This document shows positions 49,560-60,600 of a stretch of DNA of 64,000 nt, one piece after another. The position numbers were made by a program, and so were the translations under genes. The first letter of the stretch is position 1; each line of letters begins with the position of its first letter. Origin of the DNA: an uncultured Candidatus Berkelbacteria bacterium (GTDB lineage Bacteria; Patescibacteriota; UBA1384; UBA12157); assembly GCA_903877885.1 (NCBI GenBank), contig CAIRFN010000005.1, positions 17,956 through 81,955 of the forward strand, read 5' to 3'. The notes beneath the pieces were generated by a model, which worked only from the letters and a program-made list of their open reading frames with translations, did no database searches and was not told where the DNA came from.

Positions 49560-49648
49560 GTCATTCTCGACCGGACGGCCTCCGGATCGGGAATCTAGAA
49601 ATATAATCCTGGATCCCAGATCCTGTTTGACAACCGGTCTGGGATGAC
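49560..49648. repeat. Family A two-arm element, intergenic
   Basis: gtcattctcgaccgg...gggaatct...ggatccc...ctgggatgac. Confidence 0.9.
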
Positions 49649-49684
49649 AGATAAAAAAACCGCCAATTAATTAGCGGTTGAAAT

Positions 49685-49879
49685 TTATTGTGATTGTTTT
49701 TCGGCAAGACGAGCCATTGCTTCTTCCATGTATTGAGCATGCAAAAATCCATCAGGATATTCACCTTCTTCAAAACAACGCGGTAGAGCATTGCCAATCA
49801 ATTCTGAATCAGATACTCTCTGACTTCGGCGAATCGCGTTTCGATGCGCTAGTTCTCTAACCCGAAGATAATTCTTCAC
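49685..49879 (-). CDS. Small hypothetical protein
   Basis: AGGAGG RBS, GTG start, terminator at ~49653-49679. Confidence 0.6.
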   Translation of the reverse strand: MKNYLRVRELAHRNAIRRSQRVSDSELIGNALPRCFEEGEYPDGFLHAQYMEEAMARLAEKQSQ

Positions 49880-49897
49880 TGGACTTCCTCCTATGAA

Positions 49898-50335
49898 TTA
49901 AAGAATTGGCAAAATATTCTTTTCAAATTGATAGATGAGCCATTCGGCAATAAATTCTGTAAAACCAAGTGGAATCATCATTGAGCCAAATAGAAAGAAC
50001 ACTACTAAGATTCTGGATGCTTGGTTAACAGATTGGTTAATTGATTCTGTTCCAATAAAAATCAAAATCTCTAAGAGAGCGCAGATCAGCAATAGATTGG
50101 CGCACACCGACATTACGATAATCGATTCTAAATATTTACTCTCAAACAATACTATTCCAAACTTTAATTTTGGCAAAATAAAAGCAAATACTAAAAGTAA
50201 AATCGACAGGCAAAAACTTGCCATTAGTAGAATCCAAAACCAATGCCAACATTGCACTACATCAATCATCTTGCTATCCCCACTTTCGATTGTAAGGTTC
50301 TGATTCAATATTCTCATACTAAAGTTGAATGTCAA
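49898..50335 (-). CDS. Membrane hypothetical protein (start may be the internal ATG at 50269)
   Basis: About three hydrophobic segments. Confidence 0.55.
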   Translation of the reverse strand: MTFNFSMRILNQNLTIESGDSKMIDVVQCWHWFWILLMASFCLSILLLVFAFILPKLKFGIVLFESKYLESIIVMSVCANLLLICALLEILIFIGTESINQSVNQASRILVVFFLFGSMMIPLGFTEFIAEWLIYQFEKNILPIL

Positions 50336-50401
50336 TAATAATTTATTTTATTGGCAGACAATTTGAGTTGTGATACAATGAAAACAGTATTTGGTATTTC
50401 A

Positions 50402-50509
50402 GCCCATCCTTCATCTTTACTGTGCAACCGACTCCGTCGTGTACGCACAGTGCAGATTGCGGAGGGCGACATCCTATCATATTTTTTAAATAAATGAGTG
50501 TCGGAGGGG
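50402..50509 (+). promoter_or_regulatory. Conserved structured 5' leader, copy A
   Basis: GCCCATCC...ACTGTGC/GCACAGT...GGAGGGC...CGGAGGGG; TG-n-TACAAT at 50371-50379. Confidence 0.8.
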
Positions 50510-50646
50510 TATAGTGCAGTTTCAAGTACCACAAAATATGGTCAAGCTATAACTATCATATTTTAAGGTAGCTTGCCGCGGAATTTTGCGGATAGCTAAA
50601 CGAAAATTTTTCCAAAAATATAGATTACTAATCACGGAGGGGTATA

Positions 50647-51150
50647 GTGCAATTTCAAGTACCGCAAAATATAGATCTCGAAGACAAGATTGTCGGGCCA
50701 TTGACCTTGACGCAGTTTTTGTATGTCTTAGGCGGCGGCCTTGTTGATTACATTATGTTTCAATCTTTTGCCGCTAATTATTTTGGGCTTTTTCTGGTTC
50801 TTGGTATCCCAGTCGCTTTACTTGCTTTAGGATTAGCTTTTTTTAAAGTCCAAGAACAGCCTTTGTCACATTTTATCACAGTTGGAATTTTATATTTATT
50901 TAAACCAAAAACTAGACTATGGAAAAGAGAAGAAAGCTATCCAACAGTTCTAACTGAACCAACAAAAAAAGAAAAAAAGGAAAATGAAAATGTGGCAATT
51001 CCAAAACATCATCTTGAAAAAAGTGAGCTGGAACAATTAGCCTACAAATTAGATACTTTTCAAGTAGATACGCCGGTTGAAGAAAAGAAAAAATTTGGCG
51101 CAGTTTCCGCCGCTTTCGAACAATTATTGAAGGAAGATAAAAAGAAGTAA
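50647..51150 (+). CDS. PrgI-family (VirB3-like) membrane protein
   Basis: QFQVPQNIDLEDKIVGPLTLTQF plus two TM segments. Confidence 0.88.
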   Translation: MQFQVPQNIDLEDKIVGPLTLTQFLYVLGGGLVDYIMFQSFAANYFGLFLVLGIPVALLALGLAFFKVQEQPLSHFITVGILYLFKPKTRLWKREESYPTVLTEPTKKEKKENENVAIPKHHLEKSELEQLAYKLDTFQVDTPVEEKKKFGAVSAAFEQLLKEDKKK

Positions 51151-51163
51151 CCAGGAGGGGATC

Positions 51164-51865
51164 TTGGCTCAACAAAAACCGCCACAACCAAAACCGATTG
51201 TCAGCACCCAAAGTTTTTTGGCTTTTTCTGAAGTCCACGAGGGAATTATAATTACTAAAAATGGTGAACTCCGAGCGATTTTAATGGCCAGCTCGATTAA
51301 CTTTTCCTTAAAATCCGAACAGGAACAAACGGCTATTGTTTATGCTTATCAAAATTTTCTTAACTCCCTATCTTTTCCTGTTCAAATTATGATGCAATCG
51401 CGCAAACTTGATCTAACAAAATATATTGCCAAACTTAAAGAGATTGCCAAAGTTCAGGGCAACGAATTATTGCGCGGCCAAACCATTGATTATATTTATT
51501 ACATCGAACGATTAGTTAAAGTCGCCAATATTATGGATAAAAAGTTTTATGTTGTTATTCCTTTTATGCCGCCTTCCACGACCCAAATTAAACCTTCTGC
51601 TGGTTTATTTGGTAATAAAAAAGAAGCTAGCGGCCCTAAAATTACACCGAAGGATTTTGAAAAATATCAAACCGAAATTTTACAGAGACTTCAAGTAATT
51701 CAATCTGGTTTAGGTTCAATTGGAGTCCGTACAGCGCAACTTAATACCCAACAAATTGTCGAGTTGATGTACGGTATTTATAACCCAGAAGAAGCGGAAA
51801 AAGAAAAATTAATCAATTTTAATCATCTAAATTCTGATTTAGTCGAAAGCGAAGTCGAAAAATGA
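51164..51865 (+). CDS. TraC-like accessory protein of the type IV secretion cluster
   Basis: STQ.FL..., SINFSLKSEQEQ, FLNSLSFPVQI..QSRKLD; lies between prgI and virB4. Confidence 0.75.
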   Translation: MAQQKPPQPKPIVSTQSFLAFSEVHEGIIITKNGELRAILMASSINFSLKSEQEQTAIVYAYQNFLNSLSFPVQIMMQSRKLDLTKYIAKLKEIAKVQGNELLRGQTIDYIYYIERLVKVANIMDKKFYVVIPFMPPSTTQIKPSAGLFGNKKEASGPKITPKDFEKYQTEILQRLQVIQSGLGSIGVRTAQLNTQQIVELMYGIYNPEEAEKEKLINFNHLNSDLVESEVEK

Positions 51866-53685
51866 ATAATCAAAATCAACCACAATCAATACCAACGCCA
51901 ACACAAAATAAATTACCTGCCGGTGTTTCTCAAGGTATGAACTCGGTTTTTGATCTAATTGCCCCGCCGTCATTTGAGGCTAAACCAAATTATCTAAAAA
52001 TCGGTGGCATTTTTACTCGAACTCTGTTTGTATTCACTTATCCTCGCTTTGTCCAAACCAACTGGTTAAGTCCGATTATCAACTACGATATTACAATGGA
52101 TATTTCCATGTTTATTCACCCAATCGGATCTAAAGAAACCATGGATACTCTCAAGAAAAAAGCAGCTCAACTCGAATCGAGCGAACAAATTGATGCGGAA
52201 AAGGGCATGGTTCGCGATCCGGAACGCCAAACTGCTATTTCCGATATTGAAAATTTACGCGATACTTTGCAGCGCGGCGAAATGAAATTATTCCAATACG
52301 CGCTTTATTTTACCATTTACGCTCAAAGCGAGGATGAATTAAACACTATTACCGAGCAATTAGAGTCAACCTTGGGTGGCATGTTGATTTATACCAAACA
52401 AGCGCTATTGCAAATGGAACAAGGTTTTAATTCCACTATTCCGCTTTTTCTTGATCAGCTAAATATTCTTCGCAATCTGGACACTGCTTCGCTTTCCACC
52501 ACTTTTCCATTTACTTCTTCAACATTAAGTTCGAATGATGGTATTCTCTACGGCATTAATCGCCATAACAATTCTTTGATTTTGTTTGACCGATTCAAAT
52601 TAGAAAATGCTAATTCTGTTGTTTTTGCTAAATCCGGTTCCGGTAAATCGTATACAATTAAACTGGAAGCTCTTCGATCATTGATGCTCGGTACCGATAT
52701 TATTGTGATCGACCCGGAAAATGAATATAAAGCCTTGTGCGAAGCGGTTGGTGGTAATTACTTGAATATTTCCATCAACTCCGATAAACGAATTAACCCG
52801 TTTGATTTGCCGGTGGCTGGTGTGGGTTTACAAAACGATGCCACTGGTGAAGATATTTTAAGAAGTAATATTACAACTTTACAGGGTTTGATTTCTTTAA
52901 TGCTTGGCGAAATGACTCAAGATGAAGACGCGATTTTGGAAAAGGCTTTATATGCCACTTACGCCTTGCGCGATATCACCGCCGACCCTAATACTCAAAG
53001 AAATAAGCCACCGGTTCTAGCCGATCTTCAATCAATTTTGGCTGACACAACCGGCGCTGATAGTATGGTCAAACGTTTAGAGCGATACACTAATGGTACA
53101 TTTCGAGGTTTATTTGATCAACCAACCAACTTTGATTTAGGCGGCGGCATGACTGTTTTTAGTGTCAGAGATTTGGAAGACGCGCTTCGGCCGATTGGCA
53201 TGTATATGGCTCTGAACTATATTTGGCAAAGAGTTCGTTTTAATGTCAAAAAACGAATTATGATTATTGATGAAGCCTGGTGGATGATGCAATACGAAGA
53301 TTCTGGTAAATTTCTTTATGCTTTAGCTAAACGCGGTCGTAAATATTTCCTTGGTTTAACCATTATTTCTCAAGATGTAGAAGATTTCATTGGTAGTAAA
53401 TATGGCCGTGCCGTGGTCAACAACTCTTCAATGCAAATTTTAATGAAGCAAAACCCGGCATCAGTCGATAAAATTGCTTCGATTTTCGGTTTAACTGAAG
53501 GTGAAAAGTTTATGTTACTTGAATGCGAAGTTGGTGAAGGTTTATTCTTTGCCGGACTCAATCATGTGGCTATCAAAGTCGTTGCCAGTTATTCTGAAGA
53601 CCAATTAATCACCACTAACCCGCAAGAAATTCTCGAACAACAAGCAAAAGCTAAAGAAGAAAAAGCTGCGGCCGAAACAAATTAA
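51862..53685 (+). CDS. VirB4-like type IV secretion ATPase
   Basis: Walker A AKSGSGKS, IDPENEY, INPFD, Walker B IIDEAW, RGRKY. Confidence 0.92.
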   Translation: MNNQNQPQSIPTPTQNKLPAGVSQGMNSVFDLIAPPSFEAKPNYLKIGGIFTRTLFVFTYPRFVQTNWLSPIINYDITMDISMFIHPIGSKETMDTLKKKAAQLESSEQIDAEKGMVRDPERQTAISDIENLRDTLQRGEMKLFQYALYFTIYAQSEDELNTITEQLESTLGGMLIYTKQALLQMEQGFNSTIPLFLDQLNILRNLDTASLSTTFPFTSSTLSSNDGILYGINRHNNSLILFDRFKLENANSVVFAKSGSGKSYTIKLEALRSLMLGTDIIVIDPENEYKALCEAVGGNYLNISINSDKRINPFDLPVAGVGLQNDATGEDILRSNITTLQGLISLMLGEMTQDEDAILEKALYATYALRDITADPNTQRNKPPVLADLQSILADTTGADSMVKRLERYTNGTFRGLFDQPTNFDLGGGMTVFSVRDLEDALRPIGMYMALNYIWQRVRFNVKKRIMIIDEAWWMMQYEDSGKFLYALAKRGRKYFLGLTIISQDVEDFIGSKYGRAVVNNSSMQILMKQNPASVDKIASIFGLTEGEKFMLLECEVGEGLFFAGLNHVAIKVVASYSEDQLITTNPQEILEQQAKAKEEKAAAETN

Positions 53686-53687
53686 TT

Positions 53688-54941
53688 TTGTTTATTATGA
53701 TCAACCAAACGGTAAATAAACTAAAAGCCCTTAAGAATCGTAAAGGCGCGATTGGGATTATTATTGCTATTTGTATAGTAATTTTTCTTTTGATTCTCTT
53801 AATCGCTTTTGCCGCCGCTATAATTGGTAGTCACCAGGGCGCAAATTCTACCGGCGGATTAATCACTGGTACTGATACCGGAGGTTGCACTGGTGGGAAA
53901 TTACCACAAAGCGTTTTAGATCTTATTAATCAAAACAAACCGGTTTATCAGGCCGCAGCCAAAGCCGAAGGAATTGATTGGGAAATGTTGGCTGCGGTTC
54001 ATTATCGCGAAGCGACCAATAACCCCAACGGATCGTTGATGAGTGGTGAAAAAATTGGAACAGTAAATCCGGATAATGGTAAAACTTACAATACTTTATA
54101 CGATAGCGCAGTCGCCGCCGCTCAATCTTTAAAATCCCGTGTTAATGGTCTAAGAGTTGGTTCAGATAGTGACACAATTAAAAAGGCTTTTTTGGGACAT
54201 AATCGAGGTGACAGATATACAAAAGGTGGATGTAGTCTTGATTCTTCACCATATGTTATGAATCAATTTGATGCTGCCCATACAAATATGGCTTATCCAT
54301 CAAATCTAATTTGCGAACCAAAAAGTACTGCCGGAAGAACCGAAACAAAACTTGGCGCTTTCACTGTTTACTCAATCTTAAAAGGCAATATTGCTGGTAG
54401 TGCTACTTGCACCCAAACGAGCGGACCAGCCGCCACAGGTAGTTGCGCTGATATTTTGCCAGCCGCGGAAAAATATTTCGGACTAAATTATTCACAAGCT
54501 AGTCACTGTGGCCCAAATACAATCGGACCAGCTGGTGTAACTGCTGTTGATTGTTCTGGTTATGTTTCCAGGGTTTATCGTGATATTGGTATCGCATCAA
54601 AAAACTGGTGTACAAGAACCGCAACTATACCTAACGATTCCACTTTAGTCTTAATTACAAACGATCTTTCTAGGGCACCACAATTAGCTCAACAGGGCGA
54701 TTTAATCTTAACCGGAAGTCACGTCGTTATCTATGTTAACAATAATACTGTTTATGCTTCTCGCGGCGAAACAGCCGGTGGCCCACAAAAGGAGACTGTT
54801 AGAAGTGGTGTTTGGAATGTCAAAAACCTCGCAGCCACTCATGGTTGGGTCGGACTTTATCGGGCCAAGGCCTGCACACTCCAACAACCAGCCGCCTTAA
54901 TTCAATCGGCTGTAAATAATGCCTTAAAGGTGAAAAAATGA
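53688..54941 (+). CDS. Membrane-anchored cell-wall hydrolase: lysozyme-like plus NlpC/P60 domains
   Basis: GIDWEMLAAVHYRE; DCSGYVSRVY ... HVVIY. Confidence 0.82.
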   Translation: MFIMINQTVNKLKALKNRKGAIGIIIAICIVIFLLILLIAFAAAIIGSHQGANSTGGLITGTDTGGCTGGKLPQSVLDLINQNKPVYQAAAKAEGIDWEMLAAVHYREATNNPNGSLMSGEKIGTVNPDNGKTYNTLYDSAVAAAQSLKSRVNGLRVGSDSDTIKKAFLGHNRGDRYTKGGCSLDSSPYVMNQFDAAHTNMAYPSNLICEPKSTAGRTETKLGAFTVYSILKGNIAGSATCTQTSGPAATGSCADILPAAEKYFGLNYSQASHCGPNTIGPAGVTAVDCSGYVSRVYRDIGIASKNWCTRTATIPNDSTLVLITNDLSRAPQLAQQGDLILTGSHVVIYVNNNTVYASRGETAGGPQKETVRSGVWNVKNLAATHGWVGLYRAKACTLQQPAALIQSAVNNALKVKK

Positions 54942-55954
54942 ACAAGAAATTTATTTATTTAATTATTGGCATAGTAATTATCCTTTTCGGTCTGATTGTT
55001 TTAATCGCGATTACTGTAGCTAAACCAGTAGAAAGTTTAGTTAATCCAGATAAAGATGCCATTAGCTTATCTACCTTATCCTCCGACTCTCAATATCTTT
55101 TTTACTATGATCAAAAATCAAGTATTAAAAGATGGAATTTGCAAACAAACCAAGTTGAAGATTGGCTACAATTTCCTTTTTCCAAAATTGATAATATTAG
55201 TTATTCACCAGATAAAAGTTTGGCAATTGTTTATTGGAGTAACCCTAATGATGTCACCGATATTCATACTTGGTTAGTTGATTTAACTAATAAAAAAATT
55301 ATTAAAGAGATTAGTCAAAATATTTCCAATAGTGCTTGGTCACCTGATGGCGAACAATTAGTAACCCAATATTGGAATGAAAAACAAAACAAATTTGAAA
55401 TCGATCTATACCAAACTGATGGCACGAATCTTAAAAAAATCTCCGATGATGACGCCGGCGATATAAATCTGTTATGGCCAAATTCCAAAACTGTAATTTA
55501 TTTTCCAATGGCTTCCGAAGCCAGTCAAAACGATGTAAATGCAATTAATTTACAAACTTTAAAACAAACAACTATCTTACAAAATAAAGCTGTGATTAAT
55601 GCAAAAAATTTGATTGATCAAAACACCTTTATAGTCGATTTAATGTCTGATAATTTAATAACCGAAGAAGTGGCAAGTTACAATTTGTTAAATAATAAAT
55701 TATCAATCATTAAATCTGGAACAAACTTAAACAAAATTACTCCAATTTCAACCACGAATAATTTTTATGTTGCCATCAGACCAGATAAACAAACTACAGA
55801 TGATATTATTAAAATCAATTCCGATACCAATAAAACCGAAAATGTTCGAACCAAATTACCAGGTAAAATTGATGCCACAAATTTAGCTGTTTCGGCTGAC
55901 AATAAATATTTGTATTTTATATCAGATAAAAATTTCTATCGGTTAAAATTGTAA
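54938..55954 (+). CDS. Membrane-anchored beta-propeller (TolB-like) protein
   Basis: Repeated SSD/YSPD/WSPDG/VSAD motifs. Confidence 0.72.
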   Translation: MNKKFIYLIIGIVIILFGLIVLIAITVAKPVESLVNPDKDAISLSTLSSDSQYLFYYDQKSSIKRWNLQTNQVEDWLQFPFSKIDNISYSPDKSLAIVYWSNPNDVTDIHTWLVDLTNKKIIKEISQNISNSAWSPDGEQLVTQYWNEKQNKFEIDLYQTDGTNLKKISDDDAGDINLLWPNSKTVIYFPMASEASQNDVNAINLQTLKQTTILQNKAVINAKNLIDQNTFIVDLMSDNLITEEVASYNLLNNKLSIIKSGTNLNKITPISTTNNFYVAIRPDKQTTDDIIKINSDTNKTENVRTKLPGKIDATNLAVSADNKYLYFISDKNFYRLKL

Positions 55955-55966
55955 ATAGGAGACTAA

Positions 55967-56671
55967 ATGAAAAAAGGCTTATCAAAAATTATTATAATTA
56001 TCTTAATAACAATATTTGTATTGATTATTGTTGGTCTTTATTTTTATCTAGCTAAAAAACCTCAACCAAAACCAGTTTCTTCGCCAACTCAACTAACACA
56101 ATTAAATCAGTTGCCAATTGAAACCAATGATTTTAAAATTACTTATGATCCCGATCAAAATACTCTAACAATTACTCCAAATATTTTATTTGATTCAACT
56201 CAAACTCCCAGCGACTTTTTCAAAAAAAATTGGGATCAGTATAATACTGACGCGCATGTTGCCTTGAAATATCTTGAAGATCATCAACTTGGTAAAACTT
56301 TCCGGACTAACTTTGGGATTAAAATCGTGTGGTGGCAACAGGCCTGGTGGCCAGCCGGTAAGGGTAGCGATCTGCTCGACGGAGCGATTATTGCACCAGC
56401 GAGCGATTTATATCAAACCTTAGTCAATGAAACGAGCGATTACTCAATTAAACTGGCTAACCAACCTAATTATGATTTGGAAGTTGATTTATACGCGACT
56501 TTAAATGGTTCGGATAATCCTGAAGCTGACCAAATAAAATTACAAAATTATCTTGATGAACTAAAAGCTTTCAAAAAAGAGGTTTTTGATTATATTAAAT
56601 CAAAAAACCTTGATCTAACCAAAATCAGAATTTATTGGATTCCGAGCGATGCCAAGGATATTCAGATTTAA
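55967..56671 (+). CDS. Membrane-anchored hypothetical protein with two similar domains
   Basis: ETNDFKI...IVWW and ETSDYSI...IYWI. Confidence 0.7.
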   Translation: MKKGLSKIIIIILITIFVLIIVGLYFYLAKKPQPKPVSSPTQLTQLNQLPIETNDFKITYDPDQNTLTITPNILFDSTQTPSDFFKKNWDQYNTDAHVALKYLEDHQLGKTFRTNFGIKIVWWQQAWWPAGKGSDLLDGAIIAPASDLYQTLVNETSDYSIKLANQPNYDLEVDLYATLNGSDNPEADQIKLQNYLDELKAFKKEVFDYIKSKNLDLTKIRIYWIPSDAKDIQI

Positions 56672-56720
56672 AAAAGAGGCCTTGTAAGCCTCTTGGGGAT
56701 TGAAATTTATTTTTTATATT

Positions 56721-57614
56721 TTATTCGTCGGGGTTAAAATCAAATGAATAAGTTTTTTTTGTTATATTGTAAGTCAAACTAAAAAGTGGAACTGCAACCT
56801 TATATTTTTTGTATATAGTCAAGTCATTTAAAACAAAAGGGACTCCGATTTCATTTTTAATCCGCAATGGACTACTATGAATTGACCATTTAGATAGAGC
56901 GTAATATTTTAAATAATCTGAAAAATATTTCTTTGCAATTAATCTAGTAGCTGGGTCTATCTGTTGAATCAGATTGTTTATTTCAGTTTGATTTTTAGCT
57001 GCCATTAATTGATAACCAAAATTAATTATTCCAGGCACAAGATCTTGGTTTAAGGTTGCTAATACATCAGGTGTTAAAACAACCTTTTTTTGATTCTCGG
57101 CGAATTCACTCATTGGTAAATGGATCAATTTATAGGAAATCACATTCGGCCCATCCCAATGAGCATTTTCCACTGTATCCATTTTTAAACTCGCTACCTG
57201 GCAATATTTTTTTTCATAACCGACTAGCCAATAAATTATTTTTGTCAAAGGATCATATACGCCTAAATAGTCATGAAAATCACGCTGACTAACCTTCCCA
57301 TCATCCGGAATTTTATCAGCCACAATCATTAGCCAACCATCATCTGACCAGTCAAAACTAACAGTTTGAACCGCTGGCTCACAATTTTGCCTATCAAGCC
57401 AGGTAATTTGTTGCCAAATTTTACCTTTGTCGTAACTTATTTCCAATTTTTGACCATAATAAAGTTCATTCTGAACCAGCCGAGCCATTACCTGCGGCAT
57501 TTTTGGTGATGATACTGCTTTATCTTGCGCTACTATCGCAGTTGATAAAAACAGAAACACTAATACAATTGTCAAAGTACGCATCGAATTTCCTCCTAAG
57601 GATAAGTTGGTCAT
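56721..57614 (-). CDS. Secreted hypothetical protein
   Basis: Signal peptide MRTLTIVLVFLFLSTAIVA behind AGGAGG (true start likely 10 codons in); terminator at 56674-56694. Confidence 0.72.
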   Translation of the reverse strand: MTNLSLGGNSMRTLTIVLVFLFLSTAIVAQDKAVSSPKMPQVMARLVQNELYYGQKLEISYDKGKIWQQITWLDRQNCEPAVQTVSFDWSDDGWLMIVADKIPDDGKVSQRDFHDYLGVYDPLTKIIYWLVGYEKKYCQVASLKMDTVENAHWDGPNVISYKLIHLPMSEFAENQKKVVLTPDVLATLNQDLVPGIINFGYQLMAAKNQTEINNLIQQIDPATRLIAKKYFSDYLKYYALSKWSIHSSPLRIKNEIGVPFVLNDLTIYKKYKVAVPLFSLTYNITKKTYSFDFNPDE

Positions 57615-57696
57615 ATTCTACATCATTAGACAATATTATTCAAGACATGATATGATAAAATTGAAAAATTATATTGATCTATTTTAGGAGGGGAAC

Positions 57697-60600
57697 ATGG
57701 CCGACGATAATATTAAATTTACCACTAAAACCAACCAAACCTTTGATGTTGAGGTTGAAAAAACCAAAAGTTCGACCGAAAAAACTGAATTAGGTACTAC
57801 TACTTCGACTGCTGGATCAGAAAATAATAGTGGAAAAGCTTCACCAAGTCAAACTGGATCGACTGAACAATCCTCTAAACCCGGTTCTACCCAATCCCAA
57901 CCACAAAATAATAATCAACCAGAAAATCAGCAAAATCAACAAGATCAGCAAAACCAAAAAAACAAAGAAGAAAAAGAAAAAGCTGATCAAAAAGATAAGG
58001 ATAAAGAAAAAGAAAAAGCCGAAAAAGAAGGCCAAGAACCAAAAGAAAAACCAGCCGAAGGTGAGAAACCTGGCGAACCAGGTCAACCAGCCGAAGGTAC
58101 TCCGGGCGAAGGTATCGGCAATGAACCAGCTGGTGTACCTGAAGGCGGATTACCAGAAGGAGCTGGCCCAGTTGGAACAGAAGCGGGGACAACCGGTTTA
58201 GGTGGTGAAGCGGCAGTCGGTGGCGAAGGCGCAGCCGCGGCTGGTGCTGAAGGAGCAGCCGTAGCCGAAGGTGCCGCTGTCGCCGAGGGAGCAGCAGTTA
58301 CTGAAGGCGTGGCTGTAGCCGAGGGAGCCGCGGTGGCTGCTGGCGCTACTGCCGGTGCGCCGGTTTTATTAATCGTTTTAGGAGTTTTAGTAGTTATTGT
58401 ATTGATTCTTTTGGTAATTTTTGGCGTCATGGCTTGCCAAGCCGATCAAGGCGAATTTGGCAAAGGAACCAAACAAGAAGCCGGACCAAATTATACCAAT
58501 ACCAAAACAGTCTTAGCTAGCGCCGGAACACCAGCTAAAAGCGCTCAAGGCAACACTGTTAGCGGTCAAAATAAAATTAATCTTAATGCCACTGATCAAA
58601 AATATATTGCTGCCGGTAGCACCGACAAACGGTTGATGGATGCCTTGCACTATGTTGACCAAAAACATCTAAGTCTTGGTGTTAGTCACGTTATTTCTGG
58701 CTATAACGGCTCGGCGAAAGTTAGTTACAATTCTAATACCTTGGCTTCCGAAATTGATGCCAAATATAGTCTATTTCATCCGGTAGGCATTAGCTATGCC
58801 GCGCTAGATTATTCAAACATTCCTGATTTAACCGAATCTGGCGCCTTGGACAATTCTCAAGTGACAGCCAATGTTTCGGCCCACCAAGAAGGTTTGGCAA
58901 TTGATATTTCTACGATTGATTTTGTCTATCACGACCACGAATATGATCCGCTCTGCCCAGATGGTTTTCCACCGTTTGACAAGGTTTGGTATAGCGACGG
59001 TAGTTCGGATTCTAGTGGTATTTTGGGTAGCTTAATTAATCCCGAGGGTTTAAAAGCTAATTTAGATAGTTTGACTTCGCAAATCACGAATTTAACTGCA
59101 TCTTTAAACGATTCAACTATTACCAAAATTTTAAATCAAGCTAATCCCGATCAAGCCAGCAATCTATTGAAAATCGTTCAAAATGCCAGTAAAAATAGTA
59201 ATGGCGATTTGGCTAGTATTAATAATATTTTCCAACAAAACAACGACTCTGTTAATGCTCTGCAAGCCCAAGTTGCTAAATACGCTGGCGCCATTAACGC
59301 CAGTTCTCAAGACCAAGCGACAAAAGATAAAGAAACTAACGCTCTAATTAAAATTCAAGCAATGGTTGAGTCTAATACTAGCCAATGGAGCCAAATCGGC
59401 AATGTGACTGGCATCCATACTGGTAGCATCCAACGAGATATTGATGATCTTAGTGATTTAGCTAATGGTCAATTCGACCCAAATCGCACTAATGATTTGA
59501 TTAACCACTTAACGAGCGATTTTAACAGTATTACCAATTTTAAGGGCATCAGTGGCTTAGGCCAAGCCAGCCAGTTGACTCAAAGTTTTGGTGATATTAC
59601 CAAATATCTAACCAACGGTAATAGTTCCGATGTTAATGCTATGGCCGATACTTTTAATAAATTTATTTCTGATCCTGGTATCAGTTCTGGTGGTCTTGGT
59701 TCAAGTTCTAAAAATTTCAACACAGTATTAAATGATTTGAGTAAAAATCCGAGTTTAAAAAGTTTAGCTAATTTGGATATTGCAAAGTTGGGAAACCTTG
59801 GTGATTTTGGTAAATTAACTAATCTGGCCAATTTGGATAATTTATCCAATCTCACTAAAATCGGCGGTTTAGGTAGTTTAAGTAGTTTGCCTGGTTTAAG
59901 CAATTTAAGTAATATTCCAGGTGTTAGTGGATTAATTAGTGGTCTAAGTGGGCTTTTGGGCGGCAATGAATTATTACGCATTCCCTGCTCCAGCTACAGC
60001 CCAGTACCAGATTCGAGTAACCAGTTGCCATCGATTCCCGGGTTAAGTCAAGCTCTTGGAACAGTTACTAATAGTTTAAACCAATTGAATAATGTGATGA
60101 ATACTTCAGTTATAGACGCCTTAAATAAAATTGATCCAACATTAACAAAACAACTTCAAAACTCGATTTCTCAAATAACTGGCATTGCCCCAGGTCAACA
60201 AGCGACCGATATCAATGCTATCACCAGCCAAAAACTGGCTTCTAACCTCTCGACTGTTAAAGATTTATTTAATAAAAATTCCGATACGGTTAATTTATTA
60301 CAAAAACAAGTCAGCCAAATTGCGTCGGCAATTAATCATTCCTCTCAAGATCAGAATACTAAAAATCAAGAAACTCAGGCTTTAGTTAAACTTCAAGCCA
60401 TGGTTGAAACTAATTCTAACCAATGGAATCAATTTATGTCTGATTCTGTTAACCAAAGAGGAATGATCGATCAAGACCTTAGTTTCATCAATTATGTCAC
60501 CGGCCAAAACTCGAATAAAGTCGATGCCAATACGGTTAAAGGTGTACTTGATCGAGCAATCAACGATATTCAAGCGACAAATTTTAATCAAAACAATAGT

